Source: Macrostomum lignano
Taxonomy: Eukaryota
Reading direction: 5' to 3'
DNA: 64,000 nucleotides
Assembly (NCBI GenBank): GCA_002269645.1
Contig: NIVC01000729.1
Location: 76,095 to 140,094 of the forward strand
Shown in pieces: positions 60,481 through 64,000 of the stretch; position 1 is the stretch's first letter, and each line of letters starts with the position of its first letter. Both the position numbers and the translations under genes were made by a program. The notes beneath the pieces were generated by a model. It searched no databases, was not told where the DNA came from, and saw only the letters and a list, made by a program, of their open reading frames with translations.

Positions 60481-61489
60481 TGGAAGAAAATGGGAGTCAG
60501 TTAAAATAAATCCAATGTAGGGCTCAAATTAGGGAGCAGAGCTATAGTTTAAAAAATGGATAAATGATGAGTTGCTTTTATGAAGCAGTATCATATATTT
60601 TAGATTCTAGTCAAATCATAATATTATTATAATATTAATCATATACTTAAATTCTATACAAATACTTAAATCTGAAATAAAAGGTGTTCAACTTCATATG
60701 TATGCAAGCTTATTCATTTGGCAAGTGCGTTTTGCCCCCCCCCTCCTCATCGCTAATAGCTGGTGCTAATAGTTAAGCACTGTTTGATTTTCTCATCTGC
60801 GATATTTGACTACTCCAATTCAGGAGAGGGGGGGGTTAACTTGCCGCTGTGCAGCCCGGGTCGATAATGCATAATTGGCATAATTTGCCAACCAAACCTG
60901 GCCGATGTAATGTGCACTTTAATGAGTAGCACCCTGGGAGTTTGGCAGGTGCACCGCGTGTGTGTGTGCCGTACGGATAAATTTAGAGGAGAATAATAAA
61001 ATAAAAATAACTATGAATTATCATTATTGGTCCGTACGCGCGGGAGTGTCCGGTGGTCCGGGTTGGCCACTGGATCTGCGTATATATTAGCTCCATATTA
61101 TAAAATATAAAAAACTCTTAAATAGCTTCGTAGTGCCCGAGGAATATAGTTAAACGGGATAATTTATGGACTTCCTGGCAAGGCGAGACTCGCCCTTCTT
61201 CCCACAGTATTAGCCTTCTTCTTCTTGGCTATCCCTGACTGTCTCTCTTTAGACTGGATATCTTAATTTCCAATAAAACCAAGAAAACGTACCATTTCTT
61301 TTGTAAGAGTTCTCTTTGTGTACATGTGCTTGGTTTTTAGTTTCGTTCACTGTTTTTGAACCAAGTTTGATTGTAACCATATTTTCAAATATGACAACAG
61401 ACCTCAAGAAGGACCTCCGAAGACTGTATGTCGTTGAAACAGCTTCTCGGGTTATAATTATCTTATATGTTGAAGCAAGCATCAAATAA

Positions 61490-62050
61490 GTGCTGCAATA
61501 TTATTTGTTGCGATCACAGATAATTAGCACATCATAAATGACGTTAGATGTTGTTGCAATCGCGGATAACTAGCACACCATAAATGACGTTAGATTTTTT
61601 TTGCAATTACGGATAATTAGCACACCATAAATGACGTCAGATGTTGTTGCAATCGCGGATTATTAGCACATTATAAATGATGTAAGATTTTGTTGCAATC
61701 GCGGATAATTAGCACCCCATAAATGACGTAAAGATATTATTGCAATCGCGGATAATTAGCACACCATAAATGACGTCAGATGTTGCAATTAAGGATAATT
61801 AGCACATTATAAATGATGTAAGATTTTGTTGCAATCGCGGATAATTAGCACCCCATAAATGACGTCAAATGTTGTTGCAATTATCGGTCGCAAGAAAATC
61901 GGTCCAGCCGTTTTTGCTAAAATCGATCACATACCCACATACCTACCGACAGACCATTTTTAGTATATGGAGATAACTGACGTCAGATGTTGTTGCAATC
62001 GCGGATAATTAGCACATTATAAATGATGTAAGATGTTGCATTCGCGGACA
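61490..62050. repeat. Minisatellite, 46-47 bp GCAATCGCGGATAATTAGCACACCATAAATGACGTCAGATGTTGTT
   Basis: Tandem array interrupted by a Helitron-like end. Confidence 0.9.
61890..61975 (+). mobile_element. Helitron-like non-autonomous element 3' end (copy 2)
   Basis: AAAATCGGTCCAGCCGTTTTT...ACATAC...CATTTTTAGTATATGGA, matches 10105-10200. Confidence 0.5.
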
Positions 62051-62919
62051 AGCAAAACATTACACGGAACTCAGTAGTTGAAGCATACGTCAGATAAAGA
62101 AGCACAATAACTACACCGGATGCTGTTGCAATCTCTCAAATTGACACTAGATAGACCGACCTAGCGCTAAGTACCATCATATAACAACTCAGTTTGTTGA
62201 AAAAAATTACTGAAACATCACATACTGCCGAGACAGTCCAGACGCTTATGGCCTATGATAACTTGGCAATAACTTCGATCGCAGCTTTGTGGACTGTTGC
62301 AACGACACAGATATTTTTATGCTGATAACTTCGGCTCGGCAGAACTTTGAAACTCTATCCGACACACATTGTCGAGAGTCTGTCCCGCCGTGTTCTAACA
62401 CACTTGCGCTTCTGCTGCTAGCCCGGTCTGGGCTATATCAGTGTGCCTTCCCTCATCCTTGACCCGGGGCCCGCCTCTACTTTCATTATTCATGCTAAAT
62501 TTGTTCCTCTTTTGCCCCGGCTCCAGCCTTCAGTGGTCTGTCTCGATTATTTTCCTACACATCGCGGCAATAGCAGAAACAACAACAGCTAGCTGGCGTC
62601 CACCATTCGCCCCCTCCCACTGTATCCTGCTGTTAAATATTTAATTTGACAGAATAATTTTATCTATATAATATTACTTACATGTGAAAGGCTTTTCTGG
62701 AATTCATTCTGTTATGCTTTCAGCTTTGACTGTCGAGCGCACCCCTATTCTTTCATGCTGTCTGCTTGCTTTTCTATCTTCTGGCGGTACATTTCTGAGA
62801 AAAGTGCAGCTTTTTTTCGGGTTCGATTCTTGACTCAATCAGAACAATTTGTGCCCTTAAGAAAGATTCTTAACTCTGCATTGCTTCAGTTCAACCAGTT
62901 GTAAAATGGGTGCCAGCGT

Positions 62920-63043
62920 TAGCTGGGGTAATTTAGGGTATGTGTGGCGATCCATCAGTCCTTGGACTGAACAGCTTTCAGATGCGCCGCGCAATAGCTG
63001 CGGCTGAGCTGTCGGTTGCACATCTGGCCCAATTGAGGCAGGT
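62920..63043 (+). mobile_element. 5'-truncated second copy of the SINE at 53114
   Basis: AGCTGGGGTAATT..GTGTGGCGA..CAGTCCTTGGACTGA..GATGCGCCGCGC.ATAGCTGCG.CTGAGCTGTCGGTTG shared. Confidence 0.75.
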
Positions 63044-64000
63044 GTAATCAATTATTATTTAGCGAAGAAGTCACACTGTTTCCCGCCAATGTCTAATTTA
63101 ACGCCCAAACCCTAACTTGATGTCTCATACCTGAATCTAATGCTCTAATTTCCTAATTTTGCCCTTCAACTCTTCATAGTTAATGCGCCAACCCCACTGT
63201 AAATGTGACGTTGAAATCCTCAATTTAAATGTGCCTCTTGTCTCTTCCTAACGGACTCAAAAAGGGTTTCACATCTTGCAAAATGTGTGAAAATCCAAAA
63301 GGAAATTGGATTTTCCGTTGTCTTTTAAAGAAACAGCAAGCATTGCCCAGGTATTTTGAGCGGGGATGATCTGAGTGGCCTTTGATTAGCTAGTGGATAA
63401 TTGGATCTCAAATTTGAGCAGTTTAATGAGTCCCTTGGTCATAATAACTTCTACTAGGCGTTGAAACTAGCTAATTCGAAAAAGTAAACAGTTGGAATAT
63501 TGTTGCGCATATTTGTATTCTACGAAGGCTCCGATTCCAAACATGGAATTTGGATGTGAATTATGATGCAGCAGCCACCTTCCGTGCAGCTGTGTTGCGA
63601 GGTCCCTATGGGAGTCGGACGCACACTGAATGGGCGTTTTATATTGTGCCAAAATTAGACAAATTAGCTGGTGTTGCACACACATGCATACAAGCCTGCC
63701 ATTCTGCACTAATGTTGTTTTATGCGTTCCTATTTGTATCGCAGCTCCACTGGAAATAATATAATCATATTTTATTCTAATTAATAATTTATTAGCCTGA
63801 AAAGAAGTCGCAACCACCTGATGTTCGCTCGCATTGTATGGTTCTGTTGGACAAGCCTCTCTTGGGTAGTTGCTATGGGAGAGCGGAAAAGTCTCAAAGA
63901 TCTTTGGTAGTTTGTTCAAATATCGATAACTTGTGTGACCTTTCCATCAACTAGTCCTAGGTGAATAAGATAGATAACTAGATGTATAAATTTCTGTATC

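Overview
Eukaryotic (invertebrate animal) genomic DNA, not prokaryotic. Most of the window is the 5' part of an intron-rich VPS13 (VPS13A/C-type, chorein) gene on the + strand. I reconstructed 22 coding exons from 5357 to 53842; all GT-AG junctions are phase-consistent and give about 2010 codons. The gene must continue past the window end. Nested antisense in its 22nd intron is an intronless 880-aa Toll-like receptor (signal peptide, LRRs with two LRRCT cysteine clusters, TM helix, TIR). Most introns carry their own minisatellite. Several of these arrays repeat functional-looking motifs: 5' splice-site copies, AG|GT ratchet-like sites and NF-kB consensus sites. Mobile DNA includes an RTE-type LINE fragment, a Penelope GIY-YIG fragment with a decayed hammerhead-like motif, TIR elements (two with exact target-site duplications), Helitron-like ends and a tRNA-derived SINE. 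A disrupted WSC-domain gene fragment lies at the left edge. The RTE and WSC families resemble ones I recall from the flatworm Macrostomum; this host assignment is an inference, not verified.
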